NCBI GenBank assembly: GCA_031372565.1
Contig: JANMLN010000098.1
Location: 1-55,786, forward strand
Origin: Gemmatimonadota bacterium
Lineage (GTDB): Bacteria > Gemmatimonadota > Gemmatimonadetes > Gemmatimonadales > Gemmatimonadaceae
Direction of reading: 5' to 3'
DNA: 55,786 nucleotides
The notes beneath the pieces were generated by a model. The model was not told where the DNA came from and did no database searches. It worked only from the letters and a program-made list of their open reading frames with translations. Shown here piece by piece: positions 9,524 through 19,618 of the stretch. Each line of letters starts with the position of its first letter. Positions within the stretch are counted from its first letter, which is position 1. Position numbers and translations under genes: made by a program.

Positions 9524-9889
9524 ATGAGGACGGAGCGGTTCGAGGACCTGATGGGGGCGATGCATGAAGCACTCGATCATGCGCGCGGCAAACGAGAATT
9601 GCGCACGACGGTGCTGCCGGCGCCACCCGTACCCATGCGGCCGACAGACGTGAAGCGGCTCCGACGTGGCGTGAACGCCTCCCAGTCGGTCTTCGCACAC
9701 TACCTCAACGTGAGCACGCAACTCGTGCAGGCGTGGGAGGCAGGACGGCGGCGACCCGAAGGCGCGGCGCTCCGGTTGCTGCGCGTGGGACAGGCGCATC
9801 CGTCGGTCGTGTTCGCGGTGCGAGAGCCGACGGCTTCGCCGGTCAGGCGGCGCCGGTCCGTTTCACCCAAGACCCAATCCAGCAGATGA
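9524..9889 (+). CDS. XRE-family HTH antitoxin (HigA-2/YiaG-like)
   Basis: 'SQSVFAHYLNVSTQLVQAWEAGRRRPEGAALRLL'. Confidence 0.85.
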   Translation: MRTERFEDLMGAMHEALDHARGKRELRTTVLPAPPVPMRPTDVKRLRRGVNASQSVFAHYLNVSTQLVQAWEAGRRRPEGAALRLLRVGQAHPSVVFAVREPTASPVRRRRSVSPKTQSSR

Positions 9890-9928
9890 GTGTGGCGTGC
9901 ACACGACGGCCGCTACTGGGCGAACCGC

Positions 9929-10654
9929 CTACCACACCCTCGGCACCAGCCGCCACCGCACGCGCGCCACGTACCCCTCATACCCGGGCAACTCCCGCCG
10001 CAGCAACCGCTCCTCGAGCGTGAGCCGCACCATCATCAACGCCACCGGGACCACCGCCGCGAGCGCTGCGACGTACGACTCGAGCCAAAGCCCCAGCCCC
10101 ACGAGGATCAGCGGATCGGCGGCGTAGAAGGGATGACGCACGATCGCATATGGCCCCGCGTCCACCACGCCGTGCCCCCGCTCGCGCTGCACGCGCACCT
10201 CGGCCGTCGCGAACGCGTTCGTCCTTAGCGCGAGGTTCTTGAGCGTCCACCCGAGCGTGAACAGCACCAGGCCGATCACGCTCACGGTGGCAGCGGGGCG
10301 AGGCAGCACATGCCACCGGAAGACGTCGAGCCCTGACATCATGGGCAGCCCGAGGAAGCCCGTGCCGAGCACCGCCAGAAGCAGCGCGCGGTCCACCATC
10401 GGCTGATCACCCTGCAGCGGCAGCCCGACACGCGCGAGCAGCACGTCCAGATTGACGCGAGCCACCGCGAACGCGCCAACGCCGCGCACGACCAGCATCA
10501 CCGCCAGCAGCACCCACGCGCGCCACCACGCGAACGTCTGCGCCGACGCGAACAGCAGCAGCGCAACGAGCCCCGCATCCGCCAGCAGTCGAGCCGCGAC
10601 GCGGCGCATCGGCAGCGCCGCGCGCCAAATCGTGGGCGGCAGTAGCTCCGACAT
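9929..10654 (-). CDS. Isoprenylcysteine carboxyl methyltransferase family membrane protein
   Basis: TM helices; 'GPYAIVRHPFY', 'EERLLRRELPGYEGY..VRWRLVP'; start uncertain. Confidence 0.8.
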   Translation of the reverse strand: MSELLPPTIWRAALPMRRVAARLLADAGLVALLLFASAQTFAWWRAWVLLAVMLVVRGVGAFAVARVNLDVLLARVGLPLQGDQPMVDRALLLAVLGTGFLGLPMMSGLDVFRWHVLPRPAATVSVIGLVLFTLGWTLKNLALRTNAFATAEVRVQRERGHGVVDAGPYAIVRHPFYAADPLILVGLGLWLESYVAALAAVVPVALMMVRLTLEERLLRRELPGYEGYVARVRWRLVPRVW

Positions 10655-10806
10655 GCCGCGCTCCAACCGGGCGATCTCCGCGCTCTCCGTGCCGACGATC
10701 CAGCGAATCCGACGCGTGTCCATCGTGGTCATCTCACGTTCGTTGGGGTATCGGGCACACGGCCCGCACGTCGTGCAGATGTACACCTCCATCGCGTCGG
10801 AAGCAA

Positions 10807-11214
10807 TCAACGGTGGGGGACGGGTCCATCCCTGAGCGGGCGCGACGCGACGAAGCCGGTCAGCGACCGCGTGCATCCGATGCGCTCGAAGAACGCCGTG
10901 CTCTGCGGCTGCGCGCCGAAGAACAGCCGACCGCGCGGAGCGCGCTCGAGTGCGAGTTCCATCAGCCGGCGCCCGATGCCGCGGCGCTGGTAGTCCGAAT
11001 CCACGAGAATTTCCGGCACGGTGCTGAAGAAGTGACCGTCGGTGAGCACGCGCACGCTGCCGACGAGGCGCGTCCCGTCCCAAGCACCCACGTTGATCGT
11101 GCGCTCGAGCGCGGCGGCGGTGTCGCCAAGCGAGTAGTCGCGCGGCCAAACACGTTGCGCGAGGGCGAGGAAATCCTCAGAGGTGAAGCCGTCCTTGTAC
11201 GACACGTCCGTCAT
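10807..11214 (-). CDS. GNAT-family N-acetyltransferase
   Basis: 'VDSDYQRRGIGRRLM' motif A; 'FFERIG'. Confidence 0.85.
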   Translation of the reverse strand: MTDVSYKDGFTSEDFLALAQRVWPRDYSLGDTAAALERTINVGAWDGTRLVGSVRVLTDGHFFSTVPEILVDSDYQRRGIGRRLMELALERAPRGRLFFGAQPQSTAFFERIGCTRSLTGFVASRPLRDGPVPHR

Positions 11215-11216
11215 GG

Positions 11217-11909
11217 TCACCTCTGGGTTTCGATCGGCCGCCGCAGGTTCGGCTTGAGCATGGCGTATCCGACCATGGCCACCGCCTCCGCCAGCAGCAC
11301 CATGTACGGCATGCCCCACAGGGTGTCGGACAGGACGTGATGCTTCGTGATCAACGGCTCCAGCACGAGCCCGAACAGGATGAACACGACGATCGGGACG
11401 CCGAGGAAGAAGAGCAGGAAGACGAGCGGCTTGAAGCGATTCGTGATCGTGCGCCACGCGAGGATGAGCGGCGGGAAGGCCAGGCACCAGATGGCGACGT
11501 TCATGAGCCAGAACGCGACCGGCGAACGTCCGAACAGGTGATGCACCACCCAGGGCTCGTCGTTGGCGCCGAGCAGGCTGAACGCGATGCGCATGATCGG
11601 GACCGTGGCCAGCACGAGCGAGACGCCGAAGAGCTTCGCGCCCGGATCCTGCTTCCGCATCTGGACCCAGCCGTACCACATGGGCAGGTAGTTGAAGAGC
11701 ACTGGCCCAGCCAGCGTCGCGATCCAGAAGGTGTCCGGGTGCTGTTCGGCGCAGCCCTTGGCGAGCACGAACGAGTTGAAGGTCTTGTAGCCCCAGTCGC
11801 CGCAGACGAGGAAGCCGGCGACGTGATGGCCGAGCTCGTGTCCGATGCCGAGCAGGGCGCCGAGGCAGAAGAACGCGCCGATGTAGGGCCAGGTGAGGGG
11901 GATCTTCAC
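11217..11909 (-). CDS. Integral membrane protein, possibly M50-like
   Basis: Several TM helices; 'HELGH' HExxH in first helix; 'AGP' motif. Confidence 0.6.
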   Translation of the reverse strand: MKIPLTWPYIGAFFCLGALLGIGHELGHHVAGFLVCGDWGYKTFNSFVLAKGCAEQHPDTFWIATLAGPVLFNYLPMWYGWVQMRKQDPGAKLFGVSLVLATVPIMRIAFSLLGANDEPWVVHHLFGRSPVAFWLMNVAIWCLAFPPLILAWRTITNRFKPLVFLLFFLGVPIVVFILFGLVLEPLITKHHVLSDTLWGMPYMVLLAEAVAMVGYAMLKPNLRRPIETQR

Positions 11910-11918
11910 CGCCGTATC

Positions 11919-12006
11919 CTAAGGCTTCCTCGGCCGTTTCACCCCAACCATCCGCTCAATCACATCCCCTTCGAGAATCCCGTCCACCACCTCGACCCTC
12001 TCGACC
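11919..12006 (-). pseudogene. Orphan 3' end of a cyclophilin gene (paralog of 3361-3448)
   Basis: 'VERVEVVDGILEGDVIERMVGVKRPRKP*' vs 'VEGIEVVDGVLEGDTILRIEEIKPTRRP*', same distance to stop. Confidence 0.7.
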
Positions 12007-12019
12007 GCTGCCACGCCGC

Positions 12020-13345
12020 CTACGCGTCCATCGAAGCGTCCAGCAGCCACTCGTACGCCGGCATCACCCGCGCGCCGGCGGACTTGGCGCGGGCGCGACC
12101 GTCGCGATCTGGCACGAGGAGGCGTTGTTGAGCTCGGGGATGTTCCCGCGCACCCGCGTCGAGCGCGCGCAGCTCCCGCGCCAGCGTCGCCTCGTCGGAG
12201 AGGTCGGCGCACACCTGGATCAGCTCCTGTCGGCCGTCGGGATGCCGTGCGAGAAAGTCCACTTCGAAACCCTCGGCGGTCTTCACGTACATCACCTCGG
12301 CGCCGCGTCGTTCCAGTTCGTTGAACACCACCGTCTCGAGCGCATGACCCGTGTTCGAGCGACCGCTCGTATCGAACGCTCCGATCAATCCCGGATCCAC
12401 GGGATAGAGCTTTCGTGGATTCGAATTGCGCCGGCGCTCCGATTCGGTCGCGATCGGAACCGTGGAGAAGAGAAAGGCATCGGTCAGGTGACCCAGCATC
12501 GCGGCGACCGCATCCGTGCCGACCCCCAACCCCTGTGAGCGCAGGTCACGGTGCATGCGGTGCAGGCTGAAACTGCCGGCCGGGTTGCGCAGGCACTGGC
12601 GCACGATCCAGCGCAGCGCACTCACCTGCGACAGCGCATATCGCTCCACCACATCGCGAAACAGCACCGTGTCCACGTACCCCTGCAACAGCTCGACGCG
12701 CAGGGCCTTGGGCAGTCGCTGCGTCTCGGGGAAACCACCCTCCAGCAGGAACTCTCGAAAACGCCGCTCCACTCGAGAGCGTTCGGCTGGCGTCCAGCGG
12801 CGCGCGGCGCGGGTGGGCTCCTCGTCACGATGTCGCAGGAACTCCCGGAAGCCGAACGGGTGAATGACCACGGCCAGGCCACGCCCGCGGAGAGCGCTGT
12901 GCACCTCACGCGACAGCATGCGCGCCGAAGAGCCCGAGACCACGAGCTCCACAACCTCGGTATCCAGCACGCGTCGCACGAAGCGCTCCCAGCCGGACAC
13001 CAGCTGGATCTCGTCGAGCAGCCAGCTCACGCGCGCGCGCCCCCGGAGCTCCGGGTGCCGGCGAAAGAACTCCTCAAGCAGCAGGTCGAGCTGTGCGAGT
13101 TCGAGATCGGCAAGCCGATCGTCGTCGAAGGAGAGGTAGATCGCGCGCTCGGGTGGCAGCGCGGAGCGTCGCTCGTCCAGCAGCTGCCGCAGGAAGGTTG
13201 TCTTGCCCGCGCGCCTCATCCCGATGACGGCGTGGACCTTGTCAGGCACGGCGCGCAAGCGCGCATCCCGCCGTGTGAGCGCGACCGGCGGCGACGGCGC
13301 GAGAGCGGCGCTGAGCTTCTCGTCGAGGACCGGGTGGAGAGGCAT
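12020..13345 (-). CDS. AAA+ ATPase (AAA_14) with DUF4143 domain
   Basis: 'GMRRAGKT', 'LLDEIQ', 'SGSS', 'GGFPE', 'RKLYPVDPG', 'EVDF..LIQV'. Confidence 0.9.
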   Translation of the reverse strand: MPLHPVLDEKLSAALAPSPPVALTRRDARLRAVPDKVHAVIGMRRAGKTTFLRQLLDERRSALPPERAIYLSFDDDRLADLELAQLDLLLEEFFRRHPELRGRARVSWLLDEIQLVSGWERFVRRVLDTEVVELVVSGSSARMLSREVHSALRGRGLAVVIHPFGFREFLRHRDEEPTRAARRWTPAERSRVERRFREFLLEGGFPETQRLPKALRVELLQGYVDTVLFRDVVERYALSQVSALRWIVRQCLRNPAGSFSLHRMHRDLRSQGLGVGTDAVAAMLGHLTDAFLFSTVPIATESERRRNSNPRKLYPVDPGLIGAFDTSGRSNTGHALETVVFNELERRGAEVMYVKTAEGFEVDFLARHPDGRQELIQVCADLSDEATLARELRALDAGAREHPRAQQRLLVPDRDGRARAKSAGARVMPAYEWLLDASMDA

Positions 13346-13361
13346 GCCAGAACGCTAGCGA

Positions 13362-13423
13362 CAAGGTGGACCTGTCACAAGTATAGGTTTGGCGCAATCT
13401 GGACTTCCGGCAGGTCCACCTTG
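13362..13423. promoter_or_regulatory. 13-bp perfect inverted repeat upstream of the ATPase gene
   Basis: CAAGGTGGACCTG (13362-74) / CAGGTCCACCTTG (13411-23), 36-bp spacer. Confidence 0.55.
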
Positions 13424-13540
13424 ACACCGCGAAAGCGAACGAGGTGCTCCCGAAGGCGGCCAGACGGTCCGGCAGATCGCCAGTTCACCCTCCGGCTATT
13501 CGCGGGTTCAGCTTCCGGCTACTCGCAAGTTCCGAGGCCA

Positions 13541-15331
13541 CTATTTGGCTTCCCCAGCGGACCGCACCACCCCATCCCACGCCACCCCACGCACCGCGCG
13601 CCCCGGCTTGGCCCCCGTGTGCTTCCCATCGCGCCACACCGCCACGCCGTTCACGAACACGTCGCGCACGCCGGCCGCGATCTGGTGCGGCTTCTCGAAC
13701 GTCGCCTTGTCGATGACCGTGGCCGGATCGAAGATCACGATGTCGGCAAAGTTGCCCTCCTTGAGCATGCCGCGATCGCGGAGCCCGAGGATCTGCGCGG
13801 TGGACCAGGTCATCTTGCGCACCGCATCCTCGAGTGTGAGCACCTTGTCGTCGCGGCCGTACTTGCCCAGCACGCGCGCGAAGCTGCCGTACGAGCGCGG
13901 ATGCACGAGCGCCGTCGTCGTATCGGGGTCGAAGCCGCCGGCGTCGCTGCCGATCACCACCCACGGCCGCGCGATCATCGCGGCCACGTTCGCTTCCGAC
14001 ATGCCGAAGGTGACCTTGCCGAGCGCGTTCTTCTCGCCAACTGTGAGCGCGATGATGGCGTCCACCCAGTCGGCTCTAAGCGCCTTGGCGATTTCGTCGA
14101 GTCTCTTGCCCTCGAACTGCTTCCACTCCGGCTTCTTGAACCCTGCGATCTGGAACGCGTGCGGCGGGTTGTCCTGGCACAGGCTCGGCGCACCGACGCT
14201 TAGGTCGGTCATCTCCTTCCGGATGCGGACTTTAAGCGACGCGTTCTGCAGTCGCTCGAGAAGCTTGCCGTCGGCGTGCACCCAGCCCGGAATGCAGCTC
14301 GAGAGGTTGTTGCCCGAGGCGGGGTAGGGGTACATGGACGCCTTCACGTCCTGCCCCGCGAGGCGCGCCGAGTCGATCTTGGCGATGGCGGGCGCGGCGA
14401 GGGCCCAGTTGCGCTGCCCGGCCGCCTTGAAGTGGTAGATGACCACGGGGACGCCGCCGTCCTTGCCGATCTTGATGGCCTCGTCCATCGCGCCCAGCAG
14501 CCCGCCTTCCTCGCCGCGGATGTGCGAGATGTAGGTGCCATGGAGCGGCGCCATCGCCTTGGCGAGCTCGACGAGTTCGCTGGTGCCCGCGTAGCTCCCC
14601 GGCGGATAGATGAGCGCGGTCGAGATGCCGAACGCGCCGTCGGTCATCGCGTGGCGCACCACGGCGCGCATCGCGTCGAGCGCCGCCGCCGGCGCAGTGC
14701 CCTCGGTGCGCCCCATCGCGTACGCGCGCACCGTGGTGGCGCCCAGGTAGCTGCCGACGTTCACCGAGTTGCCGTGCTTCTCCATGGCCGCGAGCCAGAG
14801 CCCGAAGCCGTGATCGCCGCGGAAGGTCTTCACCTGCGCGCGCATGAGCGCATCGTCCGGATCGCCGCCGTTGTACAGCGAATCGAGCCGCTCGTTCGAC
14901 GGCGCCGGCGTGGTGGCCTCGCCGAGGATCTCGGTAGTGACGCCTTGGGACACCTTGCCGATGACGCGTCCGTCGGCGAAGAGGAGCGAGTTCCAGGAGT
15001 GGGATTGGATGTCGATGAAGCCTGGGGCGACGACGAGGCCCTTGGCGTCGACTTTCTCCTTGGTGGTGGCTTCGGCGAGTGCGCCGAGTGGGGCGATGGT
15101 GCCGATGCGGGCTCCGCGGATACCGAGGTCGCCGTAGTAGTAGGGGTTGCCGGTGCCGTCGACGATTCGGGCGTTGGTGATGACGAGGTCGTAGGGGGCG
15201 GCCATGGGGTCGCGGGGGCCGCAGGCGGTGGCAATCGCGACGATCAGCAGCACCACGGCAGACCGGAGCAAGAGCATACCGGCGTGCGCCGGTGCCGGGT
15301 TCATTCCGTCCTCACTGGCGAGTGTGTACAC
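13541..15331 (-). CDS. N-acyl-D-amino-acid deacylase family amidohydrolase (possible lipoprotein)
   Basis: 'VAPGFIDIQSHS', 'HPRSYGSFARVLG', 'ADIVIFDP'; AGGAGG before GTG; 'ATAC' lipobox-like. Confidence 0.9.
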   Translation of the reverse strand: MYTLASEDGMNPAPAHAGMLLLRSAVVLLIVAIATACGPRDPMAAPYDLVITNARIVDGTGNPYYYGDLGIRGARIGTIAPLGALAEATTKEKVDAKGLVVAPGFIDIQSHSWNSLLFADGRVIGKVSQGVTTEILGEATTPAPSNERLDSLYNGGDPDDALMRAQVKTFRGDHGFGLWLAAMEKHGNSVNVGSYLGATTVRAYAMGRTEGTAPAAALDAMRAVVRHAMTDGAFGISTALIYPPGSYAGTSELVELAKAMAPLHGTYISHIRGEEGGLLGAMDEAIKIGKDGGVPVVIYHFKAAGQRNWALAAPAIAKIDSARLAGQDVKASMYPYPASGNNLSSCIPGWVHADGKLLERLQNASLKVRIRKEMTDLSVGAPSLCQDNPPHAFQIAGFKKPEWKQFEGKRLDEIAKALRADWVDAIIALTVGEKNALGKVTFGMSEANVAAMIARPWVVIGSDAGGFDPDTTTALVHPRSYGSFARVLGKYGRDDKVLTLEDAVRKMTWSTAQILGLRDRGMLKEGNFADIVIFDPATVIDKATFEKPHQIAAGVRDVFVNGVAVWRDGKHTGAKPGRAVRGVAWDGVVRSAGEAK

Positions 15332-15571
15332 TCAAACCTCCTGCTGCATTGCAAGGATTCAAACGCACGGCTGATCCGGGCTCGTCCTAGCTACCCCTCT
15401 TCAAGCGCGCCGGCCCCAAGCCGATGGTCCGGCGCGCACCTTCCACCGAAGGGCTCCGAGGTCAACGACAATCGGCACCGAGCCTGCTCTGGTCCTTGCA
15501 GCGACGCGACATAGCCATTCCGCCCGATCTTTCGATCTCGCCAATCCAGGAATACCGATGACATTGAGTCC

Positions 15572-18500
15572 TTACCGGTAGACCTCGTCAAGCCGCCAGA
15601 CCAACTGCAAGGCTTCGGTCCAGCCTGCGTCCGCAAATACATCAAGCAGCGTCAGCAAGTGCTCCAATCCGGCTCCGCTCGCAACGTCCCCACGGAAATC
15701 CGCAAGCACCGTATCGACAAGCCGCACAACATCCTCGACAGCCAGAGCATCAAGATGATACCTGCCTGGAACAGCCGCCACAGTCACTGCGGCGGCAAGG
15801 CCGAGGACACCCACGGGGTCATATGGAAGAACAAGGTTGAGGAAGCCCATGAACCGATGTGCGGTACTTGGCAGGAGGCCGCCTCCATCACTTGGCCTCC
15901 CGAAGGCAACAATTGCATCGAGGATTGGCCGAGTCTTCCGGTAATAGTCTCCGAGCGAAACGCGCGGTGACGCAGCCTCGTCACCCTCCGAATCGTATGA
16001 AGCGCCTCTAGGAGTGGCGTTGAAGTAAACGCGATTCACGAGCAGTTCAACGAGGGCATAGGCCGGTCGCACGCTAGCATCCGCGTCCGCTTCCGAGTTC
16101 GTCGGTCGCGTAACAACCTCGCGAAGCTTGGAAAGAAGTACCTGAATCCACTCGACCGCGCGCTCTTCCGCAAGACGTTGATCTGGCGTGGGAGGCCTCT
16201 CGGGGCGCACCTCGTTGATCGCGCGAAACGCGAATTCAGATACCAAGTCGCCGCGGGTGGAGAAATGATCCACTGCGGATGCGACCTCTTCCCACGCCCA
16301 CTTCTCGTCCAACCGGCAAGAAAAGTACGCCAGCCAATTGGCGGACTCTCTCAGGAGAGTCGCACTCTCGGAGCGCAGAGCCCGCGGCAACAGCCTCCGA
16401 ACCGTATCGTCCCTTCGGGCGTCTCGATAGTCGACATGACTCAGCGTAACGAGGAGCTGCGACACAATGCTCTCGGTCGCCTCGTTGACTGTCCGGTCCT
16501 CAACAATCTCCCAGAACGTTTCGGGTGCAGGGGAGATCAAGAGGCGTGCCCACTGGATCACGATGAACCTGTCGGATGGAACGGGCGACTTGGAGAGTCG
16601 TACGAGCGCATCACTCGCGGCTGGATCGAATGAAGTGGACAACAGGTATGCAAGGCCGCTCACGGCTTCTGTTCGCGGCGTTGGGGACCAGGCTGGTGTC
16701 TCGAAGGAGCGACTCGAAGCCTCTTCGCTGGCCGGGAAGCCCGCCCCGAGCAGCAGCACCTTCGCGCACAAGACGCGAAGTGGACGTGCACTTGTCGGCC
16801 GCGTCTTTGCAAGCGTTGACGCCGCCTCCGCAAGCTTCGTCCAAACGAACTCGTGCAGCAACGTCTCAACTGGCGGCGACATCGTAGCGGCCTCGACATC
16901 CTCCCGGAAGGTGCCAACGAACGCGTCAACGGCCGCAGAGTCGGGGACTGAATTCCGCCAGCGTTCAGCGAAGGCGCTCGCACGCGCAGCAAGGTCTCTC
17001 AGATCGCGATTCACCGGATCGGCGAGCTGCACTCCGGACTCGATGAGCCAGTCGTCGGTTGTATACTCTCGCGAGGAGGACGTGAACCGAACGAGGGGCT
17101 CGTTTGCGCTATACTCGCCCTTCGCCGCAAGCACCATCGCGCGTTCACGTGCCCACGGCGTCGCCAAGAGTCTCGACGGAATACGTGCGAGCAGTCTATC
17201 GCGAGCGCGTTCCGAGACAGTTCGGGACCGGTCGACGTCTGAATCTGCGCTCTCAGCCTCGGCGGATGAAGGGCGGGAGTCCGCCTCCCACCTTTGCGGA
17301 AGGGTGAACAGGGAGTTCTCAAGCGCTGCCCGCTGTGCTGGCTCCCAGTAGTCCGCCGCCGACTCGATAAAGGAACCGAGAGCATAGATCGTGTCGACTC
17401 CGACCTGCACTGGCGCAGCCAACGCGAGCTCATGCAGTGGCCGCGCATAGCGATACGGCGCCTTGGCGCCGATGTCGAGCAACGAGGACCACGTCGAGGC
17501 AGCTAAGCACTCATCAGCGATTGCTGCGATGGCGTCGGTGGGGTCAAGTGTGCAGTCGTCTCCCGAGAGGTATGAAGCAGCATCCGCGCAAATTGCGAGC
17601 ACATCATCCCGGTGCACGCCCTGAAACCAGGACACGCTCAGGTCAGGCAAATAGCGGCGCTGCTTTCCGAGAAAGATAAAGGACTCCTCCATCTCACCTA
17701 ATGTGGCGCCCTCCCGCAAGTAGGGAAGTAACTGCTCCTTTATGGCGTATCGAGAGAGGAGTGCAAACGAGAGACGAACGGCCTCGAGAGGGTGCGCTAG
17801 AAGTACGTCGGGAAAGGCGGATCGAAGAGAATAGTGCAGCATCTCGAAGTCCTGCCGCCGCGTACTCGTTAGCGCCAGAACAATCCCCCCGAAATCCGTC
17901 TTCTCGTTGCTCAACTCACGGTGGCCAAACACGGCACGATAGACATCGACCACTAGTGCAATGTCGAAGCGGGACAATGCTCCAACGTCGTGGCAGAGAG
18001 AGCGAAAGTACTCCAACGGAAACGAGGGATGCGTCAGGAGAGTCAGCAGCCGCCGTAGAAGCGAAGCGGACGCAGTACGGTCGGTGGAGAAGCTGCGAAT
18101 GACCAGAGGCACTCCGTGCACGGCGCCGAAGGCGTCCATCCATCGGGGATTCTCCGAGCGGGCTGTCCAAGCCCAGTCCAACAAGCGTCTCGCGGCAACT
18201 CCGCAGCTGGCAAGCGCGTCCGGCTGCGGATGCCTCTCAAGATCGCGTAAGAGTTGAGTCAATAGCGCTCCGAGCTCCCACCCAAAAGTCGGTGCGGGAG
18301 CAAGTGCAAGCTCAGCCGAGATCTCCGCCCATACGGCCGCAGACTGCGGTGGTGCGAAACGGAGGGCTTGGAGAGTACGCAGGACAGCCTGGGACGCGAC
18401 CTCGGGCGTGCGCTGCAGCCCCTGAAGGAGCGGGGCGAGCTCGACTGCGCCACGACAGTCCCGAGCAATCACAGTTGGCGGAATGATCCGAGCCACCAAG

Positions 18501-19618
18501 CGGATTCCAACGTCTTCACACGAGAGCAGGCGAAGGAAGCACGACCAGAAGCGATCCCTTTCAGCGTGCCAAAGGCGCGCGAAGTAGTAGGTGATGCTTG
18601 GGCGTAGGAAGAGCGGGCGCGAGAGGTCGTCCGTGAGAAACGATATGAGACGCTCGACGTCTTCGTCTAGAGTAAGAACTGAGACAGCGTAGTCAAAGAG
18701 AATGTTGTGTGAGAAACGAATGCGACCTTCGCCCGAACCTGAATGAGCGAGCACCTCGTCGCTTAGCAGAGCTGCCAGTGACTGAGGCTGGCCGGGCGAG
18801 CTGTCATCGGGCGGCGCCACAGTCAGGCGTCGCTCGCGAACCATGCCAGCGGCCAAAGCGCGAAGGAGGCTGAGGCGAGCGAGAGAGTCCGGTGTGCCGG
18901 TGACGTAGCGCTCCCAGTACCGAGCGAGGAGTTGAACCTCAGAGGACAGTGCGGACAGCTCCGCGGATGGGTTCGCACGGAGAATGCGCTCCACCAGCCA
19001 GAGGTGAAAGGGAATTCGAAGGAGGCGGCGAAAGCCGGCACTAGTTGCATCATGGATCGCAGCCAGAGCCGGGAGGGCGGAGAGTGCGTCTGTTACTTCG
19101 TCCGGCGAAAGCTCTGGGATCTGGAAATGGCGTGAGGAAAAGCGCGCATCGACGTACTCCGGCGGAGCAGGAGCGGCGCGGTTGGAGAATGCCCTGTGTA
19201 AGGTCAGCGATTTGCTAGCATCATAGGTGCGGGCGCTAGCCAATACAGTCCATCCCGCCGGTGCAGAACGGATCGCAGCAAGAATCAATTGCAGCACACG
19301 CGCGCGCGTGTCATCGCTACGGGCAGCGTCAAAGCCATCAAAGATCAGCACGCCCACGGGCGCGCTCGCGTACAGCTCCGTGAGGGCGGCAGCGAAAGTC
19401 GTCGGATACCCTAGAACAAGGCGCAGCTCTTCCTCACTCGCGCCTCCAAGCTCCTCAACAGGAATGAAGAGATAACGCACCTCAGTACCGTCGAAGGATG
19501 CCGCAAGTGAGGCGAGAGTGTAACTCTTGCCGACACCGGGGACACCGATCACCAAACCGTGGCCTGATAGTGCGAAGGCGCGAAGCGCCGCAAGGAGCGC
19601 CGATCTCTCAATCCTCAT
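15572..19618 (-). CDS. Large STAND/NACHT-like P-loop NTPase with helical C-terminal region (Avs-like)
   Basis: Walker A 'GVPGVGKS' near the N-terminus, Walker B 'VLIFDGFD', 'IPFHL', 'FSHNILFDY'; ~1350 aa; overlaps SIR2 gene end. Confidence 0.75.
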   Translation of the reverse strand: MRIERSALLAALRAFALSGHGLVIGVPGVGKSYTLASLAASFDGTEVRYLFIPVEELGGASEEELRLVLGYPTTFAAALTELYASAPVGVLIFDGFDAARSDDTRARVLQLILAAIRSAPAGWTVLASARTYDASKSLTLHRAFSNRAAPAPPEYVDARFSSRHFQIPELSPDEVTDALSALPALAAIHDATSAGFRRLLRIPFHLWLVERILRANPSAELSALSSEVQLLARYWERYVTGTPDSLARLSLLRALAAGMVRERRLTVAPPDDSSPGQPQSLAALLSDEVLAHSGSGEGRIRFSHNILFDYAVSVLTLDEDVERLISFLTDDLSRPLFLRPSITYYFARLWHAERDRFWSCFLRLLSCEDVGIRLVARIIPPTVIARDCRGAVELAPLLQGLQRTPEVASQAVLRTLQALRFAPPQSAAVWAEISAELALAPAPTFGWELGALLTQLLRDLERHPQPDALASCGVAARRLLDWAWTARSENPRWMDAFGAVHGVPLVIRSFSTDRTASASLLRRLLTLLTHPSFPLEYFRSLCHDVGALSRFDIALVVDVYRAVFGHRELSNEKTDFGGIVLALTSTRRQDFEMLHYSLRSAFPDVLLAHPLEAVRLSFALLSRYAIKEQLLPYLREGATLGEMEESFIFLGKQRRYLPDLSVSWFQGVHRDDVLAICADAASYLSGDDCTLDPTDAIAAIADECLAASTWSSLLDIGAKAPYRYARPLHELALAAPVQVGVDTIYALGSFIESAADYWEPAQRAALENSLFTLPQRWEADSRPSSAEAESADSDVDRSRTVSERARDRLLARIPSRLLATPWARERAMVLAAKGEYSANEPLVRFTSSSREYTTDDWLIESGVQLADPVNRDLRDLAARASAFAERWRNSVPDSAAVDAFVGTFREDVEAATMSPPVETLLHEFVWTKLAEAASTLAKTRPTSARPLRVLCAKVLLLGAGFPASEEASSRSFETPAWSPTPRTEAVSGLAYLLSTSFDPAASDALVRLSKSPVPSDRFIVIQWARLLISPAPETFWEIVEDRTVNEATESIVSQLLVTLSHVDYRDARRDDTVRRLLPRALRSESATLLRESANWLAYFSCRLDEKWAWEEVASAVDHFSTRGDLVSEFAFRAINEVRPERPPTPDQRLAEERAVEWIQVLLSKLREVVTRPTNSEADADASVRPAYALVELLVNRVYFNATPRGASYDSEGDEAASPRVSLGDYYRKTRPILDAIVAFGRPSDGGGLLPSTAHRFMGFLNLVLPYDPVGVLGLAAAVTVAAVPGRYHLDALAVEDVVRLVDTVLADFRGDVASGAGLEHLLTLLDVFADAGWTEALQLVWRLDEVYR

